A DNA stretch of 60,110 nucleotides, counting the filler, from Sphacelaria rigidula (lineage: Eukaryota), in assembly GCA_964200075.2 (NCBI GenBank). It is 9 parts of 9 records of this genome, joined end to end, with 100 filler letters (N's around TTAATTAATTAA, not from the genome) between each part and the next. Parts side by side here need not be neighbours in the genome. Positions count along the whole stretch, not along the records: positions 46,832 to 53,421 come from CAXNAA020019189.1; positions 53,522 to 60,110 come from CAXNAA020019190.1; 7 more parts are not named here. The stretch is one strand, 5' to 3'. Positions 50,154 through 60,110 of this stretch are shown here, piece after piece. The notes under the pieces were generated by a model. The model searched no databases. It saw only the letters and a list, made by a program, of their open reading frames with translations, and had not been told where the DNA came from. Position 1 is the first letter of the stretch. Each line of letters opens with the position of its first letter. Position numbers and translations under genes: made by a program.

Positions 50154-52050
50154 ATTTGTTTGAAGTTCTCGTGTTGTTGCTTGGTACCCGCGCTTATTCT
50201 TCGGTAATACCATACGGGGTATGTCTTGTGACTTAATACAGAACTCACGACTGGTTTCACTTCACGATAGAGGCCCGGCACCCCCATGTCGTGAAATGGT
50301 TCATATTCATCTTCACACGAAAACCCGGAGATATCAGGGTCATGATAGTTTATTCAGCACAACGGTTTTGACATTTCTGCACAGATACATACATGTTACC
50401 TCGCACAAGCTCTATCGTAGACTTCACCCACTCCTCCAGAGACCGTGAGCTGAACCCTGGTTCGTTGAACCAGGGTTAGTTTCACTACTTTAATGAGTCA
50501 TTCTGCGATTGGGGGGTTGATTCCACGAAAAAAAGGCTCACATGTGTTCTAGACGATCTGACACACTCGCGGCGCGCTCGTATTGGGGTCGAAAGGTTTC
50601 CAAACAGTGTGAATGAGTGTTATTTATCGGTAGCAAGCGCATTCGGACAATCTTCGTTCCTTTCAACGACGATTGTAGGTGTAATTTAGTGGAAGAAATG
50701 GCCCAAAATACCCCCCTCTCCCCATCGTAGCATGGATCTCGTACTATAATGACCACTTATCCCGTGAAGGGGGAGGGGAGGGCAGTTCTCCCTTTGATTC
50801 GGGCATCATGATAGTCCGGAGTAATTCCCGAAAAACAGTAAAAGGAAGAACGTAAAAATTGAGGTGTTTTACCAACAGCGTCGTACGGCGCGATCAATGA
50901 ATATTTAATGGAAGCCAGGAATCAAGAGGTTTGGAATCCCGATACTTCGTTGAGGTCTACCGACTGTCAACGCCTTCGTACAGCACTCTTTCGAGACACG
51001 ATTCGTATAGGGCCATATATTGCTGGCAATGGACACTCTGATACTTGATCGTGCGTCGTCGCGCTCTGCCGATCGTTTGACGTTTCTGCTCTCTTCCTCT
51101 CGCTTTCTCCTTTTCCCCGTGAAAATGCATCCAACCAAATGACCCCCGGCGACAGGTGGCAGAAGAGGCGACGGGACAGGGGCACCCCGCCACGGCGGTG
51201 CAACGAGCCATCGCCATCATGGCCGTTCGGGGAGAGCTGCAAGAGAAGAACAGGGGTTTCTTACTTCACCGTTTGCGATAGCTAGGTTTTTGCGAGAGGG
51301 TGTGTGTAAATGCGAGACTGGGGGAGGGGGGGGGGGCGGAGATTATTGTGGAAGTTTTACTGTTGTGTGGTTGAATCGTTTCGTGTGATGTATGCCTTGC
51401 ATTGGTGTACAGAATAGAGCTTAACCCTTTGAGACCGACCCCCCCCACTAACACAGGGTTGACCCTGTGTTGGTGAAGTAATAATAAAATAAGTCAGGGA
51501 GCGACCTGCCCATTCACGGCGAGGCGAAATTTATCGACCAGACCCGAACGACCAGCGCGGGGATTATTGTCGAGTATGATATCACTGAAAATATCTTGTG
51601 GGGGGGGTATTCCTGGCCCAGATAAGCCTTTCCAGGTTTCCAAGTGCAGGGTGATCGCAGCTTGGATTTATGGTATTACTTGCATTAAGTATAGCGTTCC
51701 CGAGATTTTTCGGGGGGGGTTGGGTTGCAATTCTATACTAAAACGTAGTAATTACACTAACACAGGGTGGAGCGGGAAAAAACGGGAAGAAGTGTACATG
51801 CTACAAGTACAGTGCAGTACGCCTCTCCGACTGCAGCAGCAGCTGCCGCTGCATACTCCCTTGCACGTTCTGGGCAATTCTCAGCTACCGAGATCAACTG
51901 TCTATATACCACTTCTTTATCCCCGCCCACTACATATATGTTAGCTGCACACTGCAAGTCATCGGCAGAGTTAAAGTAGAATTCATGACGGTAGTTCCTT
52001 TTGTCTTTCCACGGCCCACCTGGGTTTAGTGCCTCGTGAAAGGGACCACA

Positions 52051-52410
52051 TTGTTGTTGTCCCATCTATTCTGGACGCCGGTCTGTACCTTTCGGTATAT
52101 CTGGTCGCACCAGCCGAGGTTACACGGGAGGGAGGTCAACACAGGATTTTCTTCTCTTCTGTGTGTTTTTAGCACCCCACCCCCCTTCAGCGGTGCTTGC
52201 CTTTCATTTGTTATCGAGAGAAGGGTCCAGTAGTCCCTTTCCCTCGTCGACCGTTGAGTCGAATTTTGATTACCCACGACATAGCTCTAGTCCCTCTCCA
52301 CTGTTGAGCATGGTGTGAGAAAAAATCCCAGATCGCTTTAAGATTTGAACCCACGACCCACCCGTCAGACGATTTCGAGATTACCAACTGAGCAACCGGG
52401 GCGACCGACC
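52051..52410 (-). mobile_element. Full-length tRNA-derived SINE, second copy
   Basis: TTGCTCAGTTGG A-box, GGTTCAAATC B-box (52351-52342), collinear with 47546-47914, ends GGGACAACAACAA. Confidence 0.85.
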
Positions 52411-52739
52411 GGCGATGTATGCGCGCCGCAACGCTGATAACCTTCGAAGAGAATTTCCCGCATGCAACAGAGGGAAATGGCGGCTCGCCCCGACCACAAA
52501 GGGTTGTGTGGCAAGGTGATCGGGACAATAATATCATCCAAAGCCACAAGTGGCGGACGACCCGCTGGTCGCCGCATCCTGTTGGAACCTCTCTATCGCG
52601 ACCCATACTGCTTGCTACATTGGGTGTACACTATTACCTAACGCGCACCCTGCACCTGAAAATGGATTGGATGAAACTTTCGATCTTCTTCATAACCCTG
52701 CAGTTACACACGCGGATATTCAGCAACCCGCTATAGTTT

Positions 52740-53002
52740 CACGTTTCGGACGAATCATCGATGCTTCGAATCACCAAATCCACGATTTCTTGATCCCGAT
52801 TGCTCGAAAAGAGAGGAGGTAGTCGACCACTGGTCAAGAAGGTCTCCACGCAATTTTTGCGCCGTTCCACGTGCCTGGGCTGCGCGTACCTGGGTTGCAA
52901 CCCTGAAAACAAAGCCTAGGGATTGATTGATTCGTACGGTACGAACCAACTACACTAGAATCAGTCAATTTCCGGACGAACCGTTCATTCGTCCGATCCT
53001 TG
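52740..53002. mobile_element. hAT MITE, third copy, inserted into a repeat whose empty version is at 33120-33351 (-)
   Basis: Same TIRs and body; flanks 52575-52739 and 53003-53075 join to match the uninterrupted copy in contig 5. Confidence 0.85.
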
Positions 53003-54513
53003 CACCGTTTCGCGCAGACGCCAGACACGTCATTCCCAACCAGTCTCATTGGTCGTTCTGGAGTCCCGGTCCCAAAAGCTGTAACGGCGATGATTAAAAT
53101 GGGAGCTGTCGTTTTGTCAAGAAGGCCTTGCATTCAATGATTTGGGGGCGGGGACGCCGGGGGGTGACGACAACCCCCTCCGATGACACTGTCATGTGAA
53201 CCCTGCGTTCATTGCACTGCTCTCGTACTACCCCTTATCCTATAAGGGGACACTCTGTCGCTCGGGGATTGCTCTCTCATCTTCGCGACGGAGCTCCGGA
53301 ACGTGCGCGACGTTAAGGTCGTCTGCCGACATGTCATTTTTTTTGTTTTCGATTCTCGTGAGGAAAACACGAGGGATTTTGAGGTGGTGAGGAGAGGGGG
53401 GGGGGGGGGGGCGTATACATTNNNNNNNNNNNNNNNNNNNNNNNNNNNNNNNNNNNNNNNNNNNNTTAATTAATTAANNNNNNNNNNNNNNNNNNNNNNN
53501 NNNNNNNNNNNNNNNNNNNNNCTTCCAGAGACAGCCATGGCTTATACACTGCCTCATGGGAGAGGAAGGGGGCGGGGGAGGGGTTCCCGTGAATATATAA
53601 TGTTTTCCTGGTGTTATTTGTTTCTTGTCGGCTTGCGTAGTAAGTATACCGTACCTGCATTTGACTGCATTCATTTGAAGGAGCGTATTTAGTAGCTGTT
53701 TTTTCTAGGGGTAGTACTACTCGGGATGTGGAACGTATTCGGATTTATCAGATATTCCCATGGTGATGTTTTGTGTGCTCCCCATCTGCTGTATTCGGAT
53801 TCCAGGACATGCATTTGCTGGATGAGTCGTCGCTTTTGTGAAAGCTCTCAACTTATCGATCCATCGTCTGGATATTATCGCAGGTTACGTTCCGCAGCGG
53901 ATACAGCGGTAGTCTCAAATGATCGATCTTTACTGAACAGACGGAACCCCGAGAGAGAAGAAAAACATGGAAGTAACGTGGGAAACAACGTGTTGGCATT
54001 TCAGGACGTAATATTGCGCTTCTTGATACTGCAACTGAAGCTCTTTATTGAAAGTTAGATCATTCGCCGTGGGTAGAAGGCAGGGTATACCTGGTGAGAA
54101 CATCATATTGGCATGTCGCTTGGCAGGTCAACGGAGTTTGATTCGATTGGCTATATTATGGTGCACACCTGAATTGATCCCTCAGGAGGCATGATCCACC
54201 CGTGGTCATCATCCAAATAATGATGGACGTACCCGAGATGAAAAAAATAAGAAAGGAAACATCCGCTGAAGAAAGGTAAAGCGAACGAACAGAGTGTACT
54301 ACGGTCTTGTCTCATCAACACGAACAAAAGCAGCATGCTCGTTGATCGCGGGGCGGGTCTATGGTTGCGGCGACTAATCAACATGTTTCGGACGCTTGTT
54401 CCTCTTCCCTCTTTTTTTTTGGTCTCAGGAGAGGTATCTCAAACTCGGGGTTCCTGATTTATTTCACAGTAAAATACAGTCAAATATACCCGGAACCTCA
54501 AGTTTGAGATACC

Positions 54514-54968
54514 TCACGACAGGGGATTTTACAAATCGGGGATGGACTTTTTTATCGAGGATGATAAAGCCGGAGAATTGAAATCTTCCAAATATGGTTC
54601 CATTTCTTCACTAGCTAGTATAGCTTTTGACAACTACTACACGCCATACCAATTAGGATTTTGATGGCCGAAATTTTGGGGTCATATTAATGAGTGAAAA
54701 ATCATTTTTGGGAAATTTCGGCGATCTGATATCGGATCACCGCCGAAATTTCCGCGAATTGTTTTTTCACCTGATAATAGAACCTCAACATTTCGGTTAT
54801 CGAAATCCAAATTGATACAGCCTATAGTATTTGTCAGTAGCTATACCAGTAGGTGAAGCAGTGGAAATATATTTCGGAGATTTGGTGTGGATATGAAGAT
54901 TTTAACACTCCGGGTTCTCTTATCCCCAATGAAAAAATCCATCCCCAGTTAATTTGTAAATCCCGTGA
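54514..54968. repeat. Old, diverged ~450-bp foldback element
   Basis: Centre GATATC (54728-54733); pairs GGAAATTTCGGCG/CGCCGAAATTTCC, GGGGATGGA/TCCATCCCC, GATTTTACAAAT/ATTTGTAAATC. Confidence 0.75.
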
Positions 54969-55989
54969 CTCACCCCCACTTTTATGGCAACGAATCTCGA
55001 CTTATACAATTATGACGATTTCAACCCGTCTGCAGGCGATTTTCTCCCGTGGATTGATTTTTCGGACCCCAGTCCGTTGGGCAATATTTTTTGCCCAGCT
55101 GTGAGCAAACCAGATCAAATCCCTGATTCTCTGGACGTTGACTTTTAGGTCACCACCTTTCTGCCCCAATCGGGACACTCCCTCTCGCATCTCCCCCGAT
55201 TGTTCATGTACTGTATCAAAAATCACCCCCCAAAGAATCGGAGAACGGATGTGGTTTGCTCGCAGCTAGGCGAAAAACATTGCTCAACGGACTGGGTTCC
55301 GAACAATCAATCCACGGCAGAAAATCGCCTGTGAACGGGCTGAAATCCTCATATTTGTACGAATCAAGATTCGTTGCCATAAAAGATCCCGTTGAAAATT
55401 TGTGTTGCCGCTGTGGTCCGTCTCAATCGTTCAACGCCCGGAGAGGGGGCTAGGCGGATGTTGACACCTTGGAATGACTTGCTCTCAGATCCCCCCTGAC
55501 ACTATCATGGGCAACATAGGTATGGCCTACTTGCTCTACTTGTTGAGGCCGTTCCAGGGCACCTTACGTTTTCGAACGACCGCAGTCTTGTCTTCGTCAA
55601 CCTTACATTTTCAATAGTAGACGACCGTTTTTTCGTTTTTTCCATCTCCACTCCCTTTTTCTTGAAAAATTGATCTTATTGAAGATCAAGTTCGGCCAAT
55701 AAACTGCGGACAGCAGAAAACGCAAAGGTGCCCTGGAATGGCCCCAACGAGTGGAGCAAGCGATTCCAAGGTATCAACATTCGCCGAGCCCTCGTTTCGT
55801 AATTCGATCTCTCTCATGCCATCATATGACTCGTAGACATTGAAATTGTAGAACGTCGACAAATTGGGCAGGCAACAATATGAATTGCATCTTGTGTCAA
55901 GGATGCTAAAACACACAAGGCTGGCACATCAGGCAGCTGGGAACTCCTCCACTACTTTAATCCGTTTTCGCTTTTTGTCGCTGAACCCT

Positions 55990-56950
55990 TGGACCGCGAG
56001 GGTGGTCTTCTGTAGAATCAGCATCAATTTCAGGTGAAAAAAAGTATGCATGATCCAGGAAGACGAATCTCGCGCTCTAAAGGTCAAATAAGATGCTCCA
56101 TCCACTCTGCTTTACAGTCACGGACCTCGTGCCATCTGGCCAACATCTTCGAGACCGTGTCGGCATCAAACGTCCTTCGTTCATACGGTCCGTGAATATC
56201 TTCGTTTCTTTGTTGTATTCGTCGACGCCTGCCCAGCCGGGTGTTGTAATGCCATATTCTTCACGGCTGTCGACAGATCCAGTGCACTTGAAGTAGGTTT
56301 CGTTTGCGCAGGTTTCCGTCGATCTGAGATAGCGTTGTAAGTATGAATGTTTCTTCAGTGATGGTATGCACATTTTCGCGTGTAAAATCATGGAACGAAC
56401 ATAGTAGCCTAGCAACCGCAACAATTAAAGGCGCATGCTCCCATTGGTTGTTTCTGGAAAGGGGGCTTAACGAAATAATGTATCGTCTGGATAGAGGAAC
56501 GTTCAGGAAGATCGACATGCACGAGGGTGCAATCGAGCATATACAGAAGCATGTCTTCAGGAACTGCCTGGAAAAAATGCAAGTCCATGTACCCCCCTTT
56601 TCTCGAGAAATCGCTGGCGGATCGTGAGAGAGTACTTGATCGGGCATCGCATATCCAACACAACCTTGAGGGTATCCGACAGACTGGCGCCATCCGTGAT
56701 GACAATTGTGACGGGTCATGTGGGGTGCCCGTGATTCACAACCTCCCCTGGGAAACAAATGTATGCATCGACTGACTGAAGTTGTTCACGAACAATTCTG
56801 CATTGAAGGAATGCCATCCGTCACGCGATAGAATTTTTTTTCGCCACCGGCTGTTATTGTCCAGAGTTGGAAGAGTATCAATATTTGACAACGATGATTG
56901 GCGCTTCCAGTATCTGCGCCAACCCACGACTCCGCCGTCCCTCAAAAGGA
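55990..56950 (-). pseudogene. Decayed, apparently intronless coding remnant of unknown origin
   Basis: Protein-like segments across frames (VDAYICFPGEVV, YFVKPPF...GACAF, SYLQRYL...NETYFK, VFLDHAYFF); 55995-56060 resembles 22785-22855 in contig 4. Confidence 0.35.
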
Positions 56951-57544
56951 AAAACGTTCACAATACCGTCGTTAACAAAAAAAAAGAGTTATATCATTTC
57001 TAAATCTGCTCAAGGTAGTGCTCACTGTCGGTCAGACAAACAGCAGCCACCTGATCATCCAAAATTTGGTACCGAACTAGTGAAAATCCAAGATGGGGAC
57101 GGTCCCTCGGCCCCGTTCCTCCTTCCCCCCCCCACTCCCCGGCCAATGGTCTGCGCATCAGGCGTCTTCCCATGTGGCTCCAGAAACGATTCTACTCTTA
57201 TTAGCATAACACGCCCACGAGGGTGATGTTGGAGCACTCCCGCCAACTCAAAAAGCCAAGAAGTTGAACGGAACATAGTACTAACTACTACATAAGCGCT
57301 CCGAATAAAGGACAAAGTCTATTTTTAAAAGCCGTCATGATATACCACTAGAGACGCTATGCACTATTGGTGAGTAGAAACAATCTCCCCCAAGGGAGGA
57401 AGCGTGGGGCGAGGCTGTGGTTTGGGACTTGGTTCAGCACATCCTGCAGACGCGTTGTGTGCCAGGGGCGTTTCTTCGACAGACTTCCAACGCGCCCGGA
57501 GCGAATATCGAAAGTTGCGTGTGACCCCAACGAAGACATTGCGA

Positions 57545-57570
57545 TTAGTACACCTCCACGTGCCACTGAC
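57545..57570 (-). CDS. petH: FNR last coding exon (26 coding bp)
   Basis: GAACAG acceptor; phase matches the previous exon, giving GQWHVEVY-TAA, the conserved FNR C-terminus. Confidence 0.96.
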
Positions 57571-57849
57571 CTGTTCAATCGACACGGGGGACGCGGCAGA
57601 AAGGAAGAAGCAGACATAAGGAAGGTAGGAATTTGGGGGGGGGGGAGGGGGATTCATATAAGGTACGTGTCGATTTCGTATACGAAAAAAGTGGGAAAAG
57701 CATACAACACAAAAATCATCAGGAAGGTCTTGCAAACAGAACTAAAAGAGAGGGAAAAGTGAGAAAAACAAGTATCGTTGGAAGTCGATCATTCCTGGGT
57801 CTACGTCAGTGTACGTTCAAGTTGCTCGTTTGTTTTCCATTTCACTCAC

Positions 57850-58015
57850 CCTTCTGCTTCAGGCCCTTGAGGAATTCCGCCCAGTCAAGCTTCTTGCGAG
57901 TTGCCACACCCTCGAGCATGTTAAGGATACCAGGCATCATACCCTTGAGCCCACAGAAGTACATGTGGGCGCCCTTGTCCAGCCTGTCAAAGATCTCGTC
58001 TGAGTATTCCTCCAC
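57850..58015 (-). CDS. petH: FNR penultimate exon
   Basis: GCCAG acceptor and G|GTGAGT donor; VEEYSDEIFDRLDKGAHMYFCGLKGMMPGILNMLEGVATRKKLDWAEFLKGLKQK. Confidence 0.97.
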
Positions 58016-58555
58016 CTGGCGTTCACGTTACCAGTCGGTCCGATCCGGTCCGGTGCGGCATCCGAAAAGGCGGGAAGTGGTGGCGGGGCCAAGAATTACA
58101 CCATGAAAAAAATGACTAGTCCATTGCCTCAGGTTGGAACAACTCCCCCCACGAGAATCTTCCAGAATTGCGCGTACGTTGCCGACAACTAGCGGTGAAT
58201 CTTCCGCGAAAGTGCGAGACATTATTCCCCCATGATTCCGCCGTTTGAATACGCAATGACTGTAGGTCATCCATCTTGTGCGGAAACCTACAGCGTGCCT
58301 TCCACATCAGTAGCGCATGAACTATCCCACGCATGAAGGACAATAAGCTTCATGTTGATCACTACAAATTGAGCGTTGGTGATGAAACAGTTGCCAAGGC
58401 CGAGATTAAGCGGACGAGGACGTTTTGATGGAAGCCAAGCGGAAATTGCCTCATGAGTAATCACGCACGATTCAAGAAACTTTCGCATGTTGGCAACGTT
58501 TCTTCAGGAATGTCAAAAGTCAGCCCTGCACTGTACTATCAGCACACACGAGTAC

Positions 58556-58852
58556 CTTGTCCTGGATGTACATTTTGCCTCCGGACTTGTTCTCTTGCTC
58601 GCGAGAAAGCGCGTAGTCGAGACGGAAGTTGTCGGGGTACTCCTTGAGGACAGTCTGCCATTCGGCATCGTACAGGAGAGAGTCCGAGTTAGCCACGCCC
58701 AGGAACAACCAGGCCAACCCCTTGTAGTTCTCCTTGGCGGGCGTGTTTTCGGTGAACAGACGGCGGATGAACGCGCGGTACGGGGCGATACCCGTTCCGG
58801 TGGCAACCATGATGATGTCGGCCTCCGGCTTGTCCTCGGGCATAAGCATGAC
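58556..58852 (-). CDS. petH: FNR exon (NADP-binding domain)
   Basis: AAACAG acceptor and AAG|GTACTC donor; 297 bp; [32 protein letters not shown]...GGKMYIQDK. Confidence 0.98.
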
Positions 58853-59825
58853 CTGTTTTATTTCGAAGGGTATGGGGGGGGGGGATCAAGAGAAAGGAAG
58901 TATTGAAAGTGTACAAGAATAAAGTTGTCCAAGTTTTTCGTCGGTACTCCAGTATCTACTCTCGTTACCAGTCGTGGGCGCGGTTCCAGGCATAAGCACC
59001 ACCCCTTCTCCCGGGGATGGACAGGCAAATGGAAGGACAGAGAAAAGTGGAAGAAGCTTGCTGTCTTCTCTCCTTTATCCTCGTATTTAGCCGCTCCTTG
59101 AAAAAAACGGTGCAGGCATTCGAAAGCATGAGCGTAGAAACCAGTCACACTGTTTCGTCTCGTCGCTGCTTGAGACATCACCAGTGCTTCTTTCCCGAGT
59201 ACGTCTTCGGTGGGGTTCGGCTGCACTGGTGTCTGTATTCGTCATTGGGTCTCGTCAGTGCACGGGTATCACAACTGGATCATGACATGAAACAAGCATC
59301 CCACGCAGAGTAGTCGGAACCAATTATCCATCAATATCCTATTGGAAATTGACGGTCAACTAGGTGCTTCTCAGCTCCCCACCAGACTCATCACTACACC
59401 TGGTCCTGTCGACACGAAATCCTTCATGCGCTGCGGCATTTCAAAAGTATCATCCGAAGGATTTTTGGCTAAGTCAAACAGTGTAATTCCCCCGTGATCT
59501 ATTCGGTATATACTTCACCATGGGCTCAGCAGCCCTCTTCCGCTCCCCCGGAAAACCACCAGATTTTGGAGACTGAATAGTTGACGACGTACTCATTAGC
59601 CTTCAGTAGAGACAGATATCGAATCTATGCCGCATATGCTCTCCCTGTAAGAAGAGGCAAGCAGACTGTATGAGCTGCTCGATACAGCACGTCAGCCACA
59701 AATAAGAACCTAGAAGCGCGTACACGTTTGAAGACATGTATATTGCCCTCCGAGAGCGACCTCTCATGAGCTCAGAAGTTTTGACCCGGAATCGTGGCCC
59801 TTCTCCGCATGTGACACATACACAC

Positions 59826-59994
59826 CTTCCCGGAGGGTCCGGTGAGCTTGAGCTTGGTTCCCGGGGTGGCATCGCAGAGGTAGTTAGAGCAGACACCCTT
59901 CTTGGCGGGGTCTTCCTTGCCCATCTCCTCATCCCAGTATGTGGCACGGCGCACGCAGAGAGTGGTTGTGGTTCCCGTCATATCATCACCGTAT
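59826..59994 (-). CDS. petH: Ferredoxin-NADP+ reductase (plastid FNR), FAD-domain exon; upstream exons outside the window
   Basis: AATCAG acceptor and AAG|GTGTGT donor; (R)[56 protein letters not shown]. Confidence 0.97.
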
Positions 59995-60110
59995 CTGATT
60001 GCCACGCGTATAGGGATCAAGGCGAAGGAGGGGGGGGGGGGGGGTACTCATTTGTTGCTTGCCTTAGTCCTTTGTCCGTTTCCCCCGCATGCCTTTCGAG
60101 AGGGGGCCGA

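Noticed and set aside
51045..51237. Minus-strand exon candidate after a strong CTTCTCTTGCAG acceptor
   Set aside because: Poor donor, unrecognised peptide, and antisense to the presumed MCM5 intron.
1..60110. An organelle-function cluster (carrier + mTERF + FNR) or other multi-gene system
   Set aside because: The genes lie on different, artificially joined contigs.

Overview
This is not a continuous locus. It is nine unrelated draft contigs (6591, 7x6590 and 6589 bp, i.e. sorted by length) joined by eight identical 100-bp N44-TTAATTAATTAA-N44 spacers, so nothing can be inferred about gene neighbourhood across spacers. The DNA is eukaryotic nuclear sequence with GT-AG introns of about 0.3-1.1 kb packed with transposon debris. 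The nuclear intron-containing ferredoxin-NADP+ reductase, gene architecture and repeat landscape suggest a photosynthetic stramenopile, probably a brown alga (inference). Well-supported gene fragments are: the 3' end of a SAM-carrier-like mitochondrial carrier (2 exons, -), two mTERF-repeat exons (-), two MCM5 exons (+), the last four FNR/petH exons ending WHVEVY* (-), and an intron-containing PIF/Harbinger DDE transposase exon (-). The rest is mostly mobile DNA: two decayed LINEs, a tRNA-derived SINE family, hAT elements with 8-bp TSDs (including a 1.8-kb composite-looking one), a fully palindromic 477-bp Harbinger-type MITE with a TCA TSD nested in another foldback, and several long hairpins. 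I found no convincing new multi-gene system. The best leads are a foldback built from a coiled-coil coding fragment, the composite hAT, a possible poison exon in MCM5, and decayed 5'-nuclease-like and ATP-grasp-like coding remnants. All identifications are by eye; no searches were run.
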